DNA of 64,000 bases from Nemertoderma westbladi (Eukaryota; Animalia; Xenacoelomorpha): contig JAUCBJ010009084.1 in the NCBI GenBank assembly GCA_032718475.1, positions 4,645 to 68,644 on the forward strand, given 5' to 3'. The notes beneath the pieces were generated by a model. It was not told the origin of the DNA and did no database searches. It saw nothing but the letters and a program-made list of their open reading frames with translations. A program made the position numbers and the translations under genes. Below, one piece after another: positions 37,701-50,160 of the stretch; position 1 is the first letter of the stretch; the number at the start of each line of letters is the position of its first letter.

Positions 37701-40262
37701 ATTGTCTATCTCTTGGAGTAGGTTAGAAGTCATGAATATGAAAATCGATGTCGTTTTTTGTAAAAAATCAGAGGAGATTTTAATAAATTATTGCTGAAAA
37801 ACACCAAGGATTTTGACAAGGATTTAATACTCATTATATTAATGAACTAGCTGAGATATTTGAGGTGAATTATTGCATTACATATTAACTTTGGCTCCAG
37901 CCGCTTTTGCAATACGATGAAACTATAATAAATATTCTAGAACACAACAATATTAACAGGGAGATAGGCTACTTTTCTCTTCACTCTGAGAGCCTCAAAA
38001 GGGGGTGTTCCGATGCAATCAAAATTCATCCATCTCCAGGGGAAAGACGAAGCAAGTAACAGCTGATTACTTCTATAAATGTAAGTGTTACCTGTTTTTT
38101 GACTTTCGTTTAAGATTCTTTTTCTTGTGGAGTGGGTTAGAAGTCATGACTATGAAAATCGATGTAGTTTTTTGTAAAAAATCTGAGGATATTTTGATAA
38201 ATTATTGCTGAAAAACCCCAAGGATTTTGACATGGCTTTAATACTTCATAATGTTCATGAAAAAACTGAGATATTTGAGGTGAATATTGCATTACATAAT
38301 AACTTTAACTCCAGCCACGTTAGCAATACGATGAAACTATAATAAATATTCTAGAACACAACAATATTAACAGGGAGATAGGCTACTTATCTCTCCATTC
38401 AGACAGCCACAGATAGGGAGGGGGTGTATTGACACAATAAAAATTCCACCATCTCCAGGGGAAAGACGAAGCAAATAACAGCTGATTACTTCTATAAATG
38501 TAAGTGTTACCTGTTTTTTGACTTTCGTTTAAGATTCTTTATCTTGTGGACTGGGATAGAATTTCTGAATATGAAAATCGATGTTGTTTTTTGTAAAAAA
38601 TCAGAGGAGATTTTGATAAATTATTGCAGAAAAACACCAAGGATTTTGACAAGGATTTAATACTCATTATATTCATGAAATAGCTGAGAAATTTGAGGTG
38701 AATTATTGCATTACATAATAACTTTAACTCCAGGCACATTAGCAATACGATGAAACTATAATAAATATTCTAGAACACAACAATATTAACAGGGAGATAG
38801 GCTACTTGTCTCTCCATTCAGACAGCCACAGATAGGGAGGGGTGTTTTGACACAATAAAAATGCCACCATCTCCTGGGGAAAGACGAAGCAAATTTCAGC
38901 TGATTACTTCTATAAATGAAAGTGTTGCCTGTTCTTTTGACTTTCGTATAAGATTCTCCATCTTATGGAGTGGGTTAGCAGTTATAAATATGAAAATCGA
39001 TGTGGTTTTTGAAAAAAATCAGAGGATATTTTGATAAATTATTGCTGAAAAATCCCAAGGATTTTGACATGGCTTAAATACTTCATTATGTTCATGAAAA
39101 AACTGAGATATTTGAGGTGAATTATTGCATTACATAATAACTTTAACTCCAGCCACATTAGCAATACGATGAAACTATAATAAATATTCTAGAACACAAC
39201 AATATTAACAGGGAGATAGGCTACTTATCTCTCCACTCAGACAGCTACAGATAGGGGTGATCTGACACAATCAAAATTCAACCATCTCCAGGTGAAAGAC
39301 GAAGCAAATAACAGCTGATTACTTCTATAAATGTAAGTGTTACCTGTTTTTTGACTTTCGTTTAAGTTTCTTTATCTTGTGGACTGGGATAGAAGTCATG
39401 AATATGAAAATCGATGTGGTTTTTGAAAAAAATCAAAGGATATTATGATTAATTATTGCTGAAAAACACCAAGGATTTTGACAAGGATTTAATACTCATT
39501 ATATTAATGAACTAGCTGAGATATTTGAGGTGAATTATTGCATTACATATTAACTTTGGCTCCAGCCGCTTTTGCAATACGATGAAACTATAATAAATAT
39601 TCTAGAACACAACAATATTAACAGGGAGATAGGCTACTTATCTCTCCACTCTGAGAGCCTCAAAAAGGGGACGTTCCGACGCAATCAAAATTCATCCATC
39701 TCCTGGGGAAAGACGAAGCAAATATCAGCTGATTACTTCTATAAATGAAAGTGTTGCCTGTTCTTATGACTTTCGTTTAAGATTCTCCATCTTATGGAGT
39801 GGGTTAGCAGTTATAAATATGAAAATCGATGTGGTTTTTGAAAAAAATCAGAGGATATTTTGATAAATTATTGCTGAAAAACCCCAAGGATTTTGACATG
39901 GCTTTAATACTCATATTCATGAAATAGCTGAGAAGTTTGAGGTGAATTATTGTATCACATATTAACTTCGGCTCCAGCCGCTTTGGCAATACAATGAAAC
40001 TATAATAAATATTCTAGAACACAACAATATTAACAGGGAGATAGGCTACTTATCTCTTCAGTCTGAGAGCCTCAAAAAGGGGGTGTTCCGACGCAATCAA
40101 AATTAATCCATCTGCAGGGGAAAGACGAAGCAAATAACAGCTGATTACTTCTATAAATGAAAGTTTTACCTGTTCTTATGACTTTCGTTTAAGATTCTCT
40201 ATCTCGTGGAGTTGGTTAGACGTTATAAATATGAAAATCGATGTGGTTTTTTAAAAAAAATC
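28770..40262 (+). repeat. 8-monomer higher-order repeat (~3325 bp, about 3.5 copies)
   Basis: Near-identical variant ORFs recur at 29828/33155/36478/39804, 31356/34679/38005 and 31890/35213/38539 (spacing 3323-3327). Confidence 0.92.
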
Positions 40263-40362
40263 NNNNNNNNNNNNNNNNNNNNNNNNNNNNNNNNNNNNNN
40301 NNNNNNNNNNNNNNNNNNNNNNNNNNNNNNNNNNNNNNNNNNNNNNNNNNNNNNNNNNNNNN
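40263..40362. other. Assembly gap (100 N)
   Basis: A run of N; the true length is unknown. Confidence 1.
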
Positions 40363-41115
40363 ATGAAACTATAATAAATATTCTAGAACACAACAATATT
40401 AACAGGGAGATAGGCTACTTATCTCTACACTCTGAGAGACTCAAAAAGGGGGTGTTCCGACGCAATCAAAATTCATCCATCTCCTGGGGAAAGACGAAGC
40501 AATACGATGAAACTATAATAAATATTCTAGAACACAACAATATTAACAGGGAGATAGGCTACTTATCTCTCCACTCTGAGAGCCTCAAAAAGGGGACGTT
40601 CCGACGCAATCAAAATTCATCCATCTCCTGGGGAAAGACGAAGCAAATATCAGCTGATTACTTCTATAAATGAAAGTGTTGCCTGTTCTTATGACTTTCG
40701 TTTAAGATTCTCCATCTTATGGAGTGGGTTAGCAGTTATAAATATGAAAATCGATGTGGTTTTTGAAAAAAATCAGAGGATATTTTGATAAATTATTGCT
40801 GAAAAATCCCAAGGATTTTGACATGGCTTTAATACTCATTATATTCATGAAATAGCTGAGAAATTTGAGGTGAATTATTGTATCACATATTGACTTCGGT
40901 TCCAGCCGCTTTGGCAATACAATGAAACTATAATAAATATTCTAGAACACAACAATATTAACAGGGAGATAGGCTACTTATCTCTTCAGTCTGAGAGCCT
41001 CAAAAAGGGGGTGTTCCGACGCAATCAAAATTCATCCATCTGCAGGGGAAAGACGAAGCAAATAACAGCTGATTACTTCTATAAATGAAAGTGTTACCTG
41101 TTCTTATGACTTTTG

Positions 41116-44100
41116 TTAAACAAACTACCCCGGCCTAACCAATAAAGACACAAAACTGCTCTATTTATTAGACAGGGCAATCAGGAGCGTATTATTGCTA
41201 ATGTGAGGGGCTGCTAAATACAAAACCGCTACTTACCATTAGATGGCGCTAACCTGCCGTCCGCTAATATGTTTTACTAATTTTCTACGGCTCCTGCTAA
41301 TTTCTTGTTCCTTTCTCTACCAATTACTCGATAGAGAGCTAACTGTTCGAATATATGAGCCACGCGGGAATAACCAAAACAACAAACCCGAATCGGCTCC
41401 CTAAGCTGACTTAAAACGAGTGTGAGAGGTTTTACACTCAGAGTATATTCTTACGCCTAATCTTACTGTTAAAGTATGCCAATGCCTACGTCTTTTCTAA
41501 TCGCGAATACTGGGGGTTCCCTAACGGAATGTGTGAATGCGAGAATATTTAAAATAATCAAAGTGGTACAGTGTTTATTAGGGCTAATACCTATAGTGGG
41601 ACTAAACTTGTCTGCGGCTGGCTTTAGGCCAGCAAATTACTAATGCGTTTTGCGTACTGAATACTGCTATCCAGTAAGCAAAGTCTAGCTTATTGCCCGC
41701 TAATTCAAATAACCGCTCAGCGTGAATAGTTTACGGTACTCTAATTATTACCTTAGCTACTCTCCGCTATGCTGCGTACTAATTCTTAATTTTACTAATT
41801 AATTACAGTCACAAATATGTAACAGCCTAAAATACTGTATTACTTTGACCTAATCAGTAATTATTTACAGTAAACTAAGAGATAGAAATCAATCAAAGGG
41901 AAAAGAGCGCCTATCTAAGCATTCGTAATCTTAGGCACACTTTAGTAACACACCAATCAGCGTCAGCAATCACAGCTCGCAATGCGCGATTCACAATTGT
42001 ACAATCCGCAATGCACGCAATTAGCAATTACACAGCACAATATAATAATTCGCAATACATGCAATTCGCAATTGTAAAGCACGCAGACCTCTCCCGGGTA
42101 CATCTAGGCTTCCTAACTAACCCAATTCCTGCCCCCCTAATACTAAATAGAGACAAAACCTGGATCATCAGCCCCCTAATTACTGTACCAGCGAGCTGCC
42201 CCCACGCTACAATGCAAATTGCCCGACCGCAACGGTGACCCCCCGCCAGCGTTGCTCGCCTTTGAATCCTCCGCTCCCTTCGTCGCTAACCCCCCGATGT
42301 GCCCACCGCCCACTGGCGCCTTAGCCCTCCATTATGCTAATAGCTACCGTAGCGGCGCATGCAAATCACAAAGTCTGACAGTCTCAGAAATCCCTTAGGA
42401 TTATTGCGCAGAAAGGAATCACATAGAACCATTAATCAAAAGGTAGAAATCATAGTTCCAGTTGTAATTTGCAGTAATCGAAGGAATTAATTGAGAAACA
42501 CAATCAAGAGTAATCGCACTAGCAAATCATTTTGAGATTAATCGAAAAAGCAAATTGCAGAACATACGCTAAAATATCCGTCAAAATTGAATAGAGACAG
42601 CTCAGCAAGTACAAGGTGATAGCAGATCATGTGAGGTGTCATGTGAGGCTCTACCGGCACACCGCCAATTTATAGGTGATCCGGATGGGGTGATGCAATA
42701 GGGTGACTCAATCGCTCTCCTATTGGCTCTCCAGTCCGTGCTAGCATTAGACCAACCTGGAAGCAGTTAATCCAATAAGGAGGCCGGATTGTAGCCCTAT
42801 TGCCTGCCCAAACCTCAAATTATTACCATATATGGTAATGGTTCACGTCCCTGGCTGCTGAGTGGCCAGGACAGCGTCCCTATATGCTAGCCCTATCGAT
42901 GCTAATATCAGCAAGCACAAAATCCAGGGTCCGAATAAACTCGCTACCCTGGAACTATCTACATATATCCTAATACAAAATTACGTAGGTAGGGCTACAT
43001 ACTATACAAAATGGATGGATTCAAATATATGGGTGTTTCGATTTCCCTATCTAAATACTACTGCGTTATTATGCCTTATCTAAAATATTATGCTGCACAA
43101 CGGACTAATATTACATACAGTATAACGGACTAATATTGTGTACAGTATAACGGACTAATATATTATACTGCATAATGGCTAATAATGTGGATACAGCGCC
43201 ATATACCATAACACCGCTCCAAGGGAAATCATATAATGTTTCCCTCCAATTGTAGAAGAGTATAAGGTGATGTATACAAACAAAATAAATTTCTTCCAAC
43301 TAATCTAAATACTTGATACTATAAATCCTACTATTTACAAATATTGCTATAGATATTGCATAATGAATTGCATACAAATTAAATTTACAAAATATTATCT
43401 CTCTCATTGTTAACGATTATTACATACAAATTAAATTTACAAAATACTGTTTCTCGTTCGTTCTACATAATGATTACTACATACAAAATTAAATTTACAA
43501 AATATTACTTCCTTTATTTATTTACAAATTGACGGTCTACATATTGAAATGGAACATGGCTAGGACAATGTCCCCCATTTCCCATCTCAAATTAACGATC
43601 AACATTAACAAGATAAACTAAATATAAACGTATTTGAGGCTAAATTTTTAACTAAATTGCATTAAAGGCCGATAATCAAATTAAATATAAAATACGTAAT
43701 AATTTCTTTCATTTTCGGACTTTACTTAATTTCTTATAAAAAACGCAAATCACCTTGGTTTGATGATTGCTCAGGTAAGTGATAGGAGTAAGCCAAACCC
43801 GCGGGTTTGTCTCCCCAATCACTTCCTTTGCCTCTTTCAATAAACTTTAGAGCAAATAAAGTCATATACACAAAATCAAATATAGTTAAAGTATTTACTA
43901 TTTCCAATCGGACTACAAAATAAAAGTATTTCCTTTCAATATTTTTCGGCCTTCGAAAATAAAATTCTAAAACATGGATACGACTAGTGTATATGAGTCC
44001 AGTCGAATGATTGATCAAAACCTACGATATACATCAGAGCGACGATGATGTATATGTCTAGAGTATGTCGCTCCGTGATATTATAGTCTCATCGGCTAGC

Positions 44101-44410
44101 TCCTGGGTCTCTCGGGCTCGCTCCCTTCTCCAGATACACCAGTCTACCCCCTGTAGACTCTGTTGACGGCGTCCTTGAGGCGTCACTTCCCGGAACCGGC
44201 GACGACGTTCCCTGGGCACCGACTATCTCCTGACTGGTGCTCCTCCCTCGGCCTCGTCCCATTTGCCGTGTCCCTGTGGGCGCCTCCGCCAACTCCTTTT
44301 CTTCAACCGTCGAATAGAACTGCTCGTCCTTGGCTTGACGCTTGCCAAGGACTCCTCCTTCTGGTACTTGCCGCGAGCTGTGAGCTCCGGCTGTTGTCGC
44401 TGTGGGGCTG
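41116..44410 (-). mobile_element. Inverted fragment of an element-A-related LTR retrotransposon (ORF end, AT-rich region, leader/LTR-like sequence)
   Basis: 41116-41755 is the reverse complement of a homolog of 1231-1848. The minus-strand ORF end lies at 44089-44400. No TSD was found. Confidence 0.7.
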
Positions 44411-46001
44411 TTATCTCTTCACTCTGAGAGCCTCAAAAAGGGGGTGTTCCGACGCAATCAAAATTCATCCATCTGCAGGGGAAAGACGAAGCAAATATCA
44501 GCAGATTACTTCTATAAATGAAAGTGTTACCTGTTCTTATGACTTTCGTTTAAGATTCTCTATCTCGTGGAGTTGGTTAGAAGTTATAAATATGAAAATC
44601 GATGTGGTTTTTTAAAAAAAATCAGAGGATATTTTGATAAATTATTGCTGAAAAACCCCAAGGATCTTGACATGGCTTTAATACTCAATTATGTTCATGA
44701 AAAAACTGAGATATTTGAGGTGAATAATTGCATTACATAATAACTTTAACTCCAGCCACATTAGCAATACGATGACACTATAATAAATATTCTAGAACAC
44801 AACAATATTAACAGGGAGATAGGCTACTTATCTCTCCACTCTGGGAGCCTCAGAAAGGGGGTGTTCCGACGCAATCAAAATTCATCCATCTCCTAAGGAA
44901 AGACGAAGCAAATAACAGCTGATTACTTCTATAAATGTAAGTGTTACCTTTTCTTATGACTTTCGTTTAAGATTCTCTATCTCGTGGAGTGGGTTAGAAG
45001 TTATAAATATGAAAATCGATGTGGTTTTTTGTAAAAAATTTGAGGATATTTTGATAAATTATTGCTGAAAAACCCCAAGGATTTTGACATGGCTTTAATA
45101 CTTCATTATGTTCATGAAAAAACTTAGATATTTGAGGTGAATTATTGCATTACATAATAACTTTAACTCCAGGCACATTAGCAATACGATGAAACTATAA
45201 TAAATATTCTAGAACACAACAATATTAACAGGGAGATAGGCTACTTATCTGTCCACTCTGAGAGCCTCAGAAAGGGGGTGTTCCGACGCAATCAAAATTC
45301 ATCCATCTCCAGGGGAAATACGAAGCAAATAACAGCTGATTACTTCTATAAATGTAAGTGTTACCTGCTCTTTTGACTTTCATTTAAGATTATCTATCTC
45401 TTGGAGTAGGTTAGAAGTCATGAATATGAAAATCAATGTCGATTTTTGTAAAAAATCAGAGGAGATTTTAATAAATTATTGCTGAAAAACACCAAGGATT
45501 TTGACAAGGATTTAATACTCATTATATTAATGAACTAGCTGAGATATTTGAGGTGAATTATTGCATTACATATTAACTTTGGCTCCAGCCGCTTTTGCAA
45601 TACGATGAAACTATAATAAATATTCTAGAACACAACAATATTAACAGGGAGATAGGCTACTTGTCTCTCCATTCAGACAGCCACAGATAGGGAGGGGTGT
45701 TTTGACACAATAAAAATGCCACCATCTCCTGGGGAAAGACGAAGCAAATTTCAGCTGATTACTTCTATAAATGAAAGTGTTGCCTGTTCTTTTGACTTTC
45801 GTATAAGATTCTCCATCTTATGGAGTGGGTTAGCAGTTATAAATATGAAAATCGATGTGGTTTTTGAAAAAAATCAGAGGATATTTTGATAAATTATTGC
45901 TGAAAAATCCCAAGGATTTTGACATGGCTTAAATACTTCATTATGTTCATGAAAAAACTGAGATATTTGAGGTGAATTATTGCATTACATAATAACTTTA
46001 A
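44411..46001 (+). repeat. ~415-bp satellite array, block 3
   Basis: Same monomer; near-identical to ~27580-29170. Confidence 0.95.
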
Positions 46002-46195
46002 CCCTTTCCGGCCTGAATTATTTTAATTTAGGAAAAAAAATTGGTTGGTGTTGTTAATGGGTTAATTATACACCAAATAATAATTTTCGATGAAAAAATT
46101 TTCAAAAAATTATTTCCAATGTTGTTTTTTTTATTGTATACAAAAGTATACGTTAGGTATATGAAACATGTTCCCAATGTATACTTTTGTATACG
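46002..46195. mobile_element. Left end of another piggyBac-like element inserted at a satellite TTAA
   Basis: The satellite stops at TTAA (45998-46001) and is followed by CCCTTT. An internal 16-bp inverted repeat GTATACAAAAGTATAC is present. No matching right end was found. Confidence 0.5.
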
Positions 46196-46248
46196 AACTC
46201 TAGATTGTAAGTACTTACTTACATACATACATCGTATAGTAAGTATAT

Positions 46249-46283
<35 letters not shown>

Positions 46284-46460
46284 CAAGGTAAGTTTGACAT
46301 TTGGACATTTCGACATTTTGACATTTCGACATTCTGACTTTGTTGATTTATTTGTACCGGTTAGGGTATATATATACTATATATACCAAGGTAAGGTTGA
46401 CATTTCGACATTCAGATACTTTGACGTTTTATTACCCGTACTTGACGCATATAATAAGAC

Positions 46461-49400
46461 ATGAGTGACACACCCCATTCGACTCGATACCCCTACCGAC
46501 TATGACTCGTGCGACCCGGACAGATCGACAGTAGACGAACCGAGAAGGAGAACCCGAGATTCTACCGATGTCACACCGTGTGCGTCACCGGTACCCCGAA
46601 CGGAATTACCGGAAGCCGCAACGCGTGGCGACGGCAGAATCGAAGATTTCCTTGCCGTCCCGCAGACCAGATCGCGGGAACCGAACATGGTAAGTTCGAC
46701 TGGAAGCCAGGAGAACATTATTAGGAGTATAGGAGGACACATGGCCCAGATTACTCGAAACTTCGGAGAAGGTTTTCGCCTTTTACGCGAGTTAACCGCC
46801 CCAATGTTGAGATACGAGTTCTACGCCTTACAGGTAAGGATAGAAAGTAGGGTACATGCTTCCATAGATAAACTTAAAGGTTTACACGAACTTGCAGAGT
46901 TGCGTGGCGACAACTTTACTCAGGTAAAGATAATCGATAAGTTGGTAAGTGCGAGGGAAAGCCTCATTCAGTTTAAGTCGGTTGAAGGATCGACTCATCA
47001 AGAACAACTCAACCAACTGTTAGGTGAGTCAGTTTCGGATGCGTTGTTACAACCCGAAGAGGAAGAAGAACTATACTGCCTGGACGGGAGGTTAGGGACG
47101 CTCACCAATTTTCTTCGTAGATGCGGAGTACCGATCGAAGAACCGGAAGTTGTACCGAGAGGGACGACGGAAGTTCTATCTACGGAAGGCTCGCGAGTCT
47201 ACCAAATTCCACAACTGGATAGATTGTTCGTTAGTGTACGGAGCGACGTTGGCGACGTTGGCGACGTTAGTAGAACAGCGTCTGGAATTACTCGACAACA
47301 ACAGGAGGTCGCACGCCGACAACAAGACGTCTAGGAAGAAGCGCAACGGCAGATGGCGCAGATCGCCATCGAAGGAGAAAGACAGCGCAGAGAGGATGTA
47401 GCAAAACTTGCGAAACTTCAAGTGCAGGCTGAGTTCGAAGCATCAGAGATGCGGAGACTGGAGGAAGACTTAGCGCGAGAAGCGGCCACGGCGGCAGCAG
47501 CCAACGAGTTAGCATGACAGGCAGCAGTGGCAGCAGCCAACGAGTTAGCACGACAGGCGGCAGCTGATGAGTTAGCATGACAGGCGGGGGCTGACGAGCT
47601 AGCACGAGTTGCGGCGGTAAACGCAGCTGAGTTAGCACAGAAGAAAGCAGCATCTGACGCTTGTGCCAAGTTGGAGGCGCGACAAATAAACACTCATTTA
47701 GCTATACAGGAAGCGGAGTAGGCAGTACAACAACAGGAAGCAGATCAACGCGAAAGGGAGATGCAGCTCCAGTTCAAACTAAATCGCAGATCGCGCGAGG
47801 CGGCGAACGCGCAAGAGGACCTCGAACTCGACGCGAGAGATCTATAAGATCTATAAGGTCTCGAGCTGGACACGACTTGTCTGCCCTGGATCGCATGGAG
47901 ACTCGATATTGCGGAATTCAGAAGCGAATCGAGGAAGGAAGTGTGGGAGCGATAGACCGAGGAGAGGAGTTCGTCAAGGATTACTGTAAACGTTTTCCCC
48001 AAGTTATTCCTATGCTCAAACCCACGACTCCAGTAAAACCGGTTATGGTTGCAAAACCGAACGAAATATCACCCGTGCAAGGTAATAGGTTTGTTATGTC
48101 GGAATCAATTCCGCAGGCACGAGCGACTTCATCGCCGATTCTCGCAGGTAAGATAAGTAGTACACCTACTGTAAACCGTAGTTTACTTGTAGAGAGAGAC
48201 GAACCTGCGTTTATGACAGTAAAACAGGTAAGTAAACCATTACAAGTTAAACCTGTGACGTGCTGCGCGAACCCAGTCATTTATAAACCTACAGTAGAGC
48301 TTAACTCTGATGTTTTTACTAAACCTCTCACCCAATGTTTATCGAGGCCTACGACTTCGTGGAAGGCTTGTGAGCCTACCGAACAACGGAGGAGGATGGA
48401 TGTGGGTAGTACCCACAGGATCGAACTGAGTTCAACGAGACCTACGACTTCGTGGAAGGCTTGCGAGCCTGTCGAACAACGGGGAGCCGTTATCCCAGAC
48501 CACGACGAACTCGACCAAGAATAATACGCCGGACGCAAACCCGCCAACCACCTTATCCGGACGACAGCGACTCATCTAGCGACTTGGAATCGACGGAACG
48601 GGAAATATTCTGTACTGGAGCGGCAGCGGCAGCGGATAACAAACGGGAGGAGAGATCAACGAACCCATACATTGACAATCCACCATGAGAAACACCCCAA
48701 CAGAAACTCTCTTTGCAAAAAGCGGAAGCGATCAGCACCAACAGACTCGCCGAAATAATGCGACCTGTAACGGACCGACTAGCTCAGATAGAAGAGCGAC
48801 TCGAAGCGCAACCGTCGGATCGATCACGAACCAGCGTGGAGTTAGAACAACCTGAACAACATCAACCACCAAGGAGAGAAAAGGAGACTAGACAGACCCC
48901 GACCCATCGAGAAGAAGATCCCGTAAATAATTCCTACCGATGAACAATGCGCGGAAGGGAGCGACTGGACGACGCCACCGAACAGGGACGCGGACAGTTG
49001 GATTTGGTTAGCGAGATTGCGAAATTCGCGGCTAGATACGGATTACCGGCACAGCAACCACCGAAGTTCTCTGGCAACGCGAAACACTGGCACTCACTGG
49101 TAGACTACGTAGAGTCCCAGATCGCTAAGTGTGCTTTCACCTCAACGGAGAAGTTTAATTACTTGCTCCTAGTCCTGTCTGGTGAGCCGAAACGATTAGC
49201 GGAAACCTTTATTGGTGTTCCCGATTGGCATACGACCGTTTGTATTAGATTTACGGCGGTAACGTCGCCATGGCTAAATCCATTATCGAAGACCTCTGTA
49301 GAGGAGGCAGCATTTCGAAACCGATCGATCTTCTACGACTCGCGGACGAAATAAAAAACGCTATAGGGACTTTACGGTCCATTGGACAACTCGAGTACGC

Positions 49401-50160
49401 TAACGCACCGACGGTTCTCATCAGGATAATCGGTCGACTTCATTATCGACTCCGACGAGAATGGCGACGCATCGAGTACCAGCGTGAAGAGGCCGGCGGG
49501 CTATTAAAACTCACCGACGTCTATCAACTGATTTCGCGGGAGGCCGTTATCGAGACTCGATCGAATTATACTGATCACCATATCGCGGCAGAAGGGATAG
49601 CTATTTCTGCGCCGAATCGGACTAAACCGTTTCCGACGAACGCGAAAGCCGTTACCTACGCCACCCCTACTGAGACTTCTAATGTTCTGATGCCTATCGG
49701 CACCACGCAGCCACGACAACAGTTGCCGGCAGACTTTGTGGGATGCTCATACTGCGAGCGGAACGGCAGAAACCATAGCGGACATAAACTTCGTGGATGT
49801 CGCGCTTTTAAAGAGTTAGGAATCGAGGAGAGGAGACTCCAAATACGATCTTTAGATTCTTGCTGGAGATGTACGAAGCCAGGACACGTCTGGAAGGATT
49901 GCCCGAGCGATGATACATGTCCTCTGTGTGGACGTAACCATGACGCGTTACTTCACACTACTAGTCATACTCCGACCAGACGCTTTCGACGAGAGCATCC
50001 AGATAAAGCGGCTAGATGCGACGCACTATATAAGGACCGTGCGCCGCACGAGATCCGTACGTTTTATACGGACTGCATGGATCAGTCAGGATCATCGGAC
50101 GAGTACGAGGAGGAAGACGACACTTTCTATGTGCATGCAGGTGAGGAACAGCCATCGGTA
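46461..50160 (+). pseudogene. gag of element D
   Basis: Coiled-coil N-terminus, QQPPKFSGN..W, EKFNYL, and knuckles GCSYC..H..C, CWRC..GH..DC and CPLC..HDALLH. Several stops and frameshifts. Confidence 0.88.

Larger units (their letters stand above)
26200..41115 (+). repeat. ~415-bp satellite array, block 2
   Basis: The same monomer as block 1, uninterrupted except for the N gap. Confidence 0.97.

Noticed and set aside
10421-46001. Recurrent 60-70 aa ORFs in the satellite (MPKRLEPKL..., MFRRNQNSS...)
   Set aside because: Most monomers interrupt them with stops and indels, and they carry no recognisable motif. They are chance ORFs repeated by the array.
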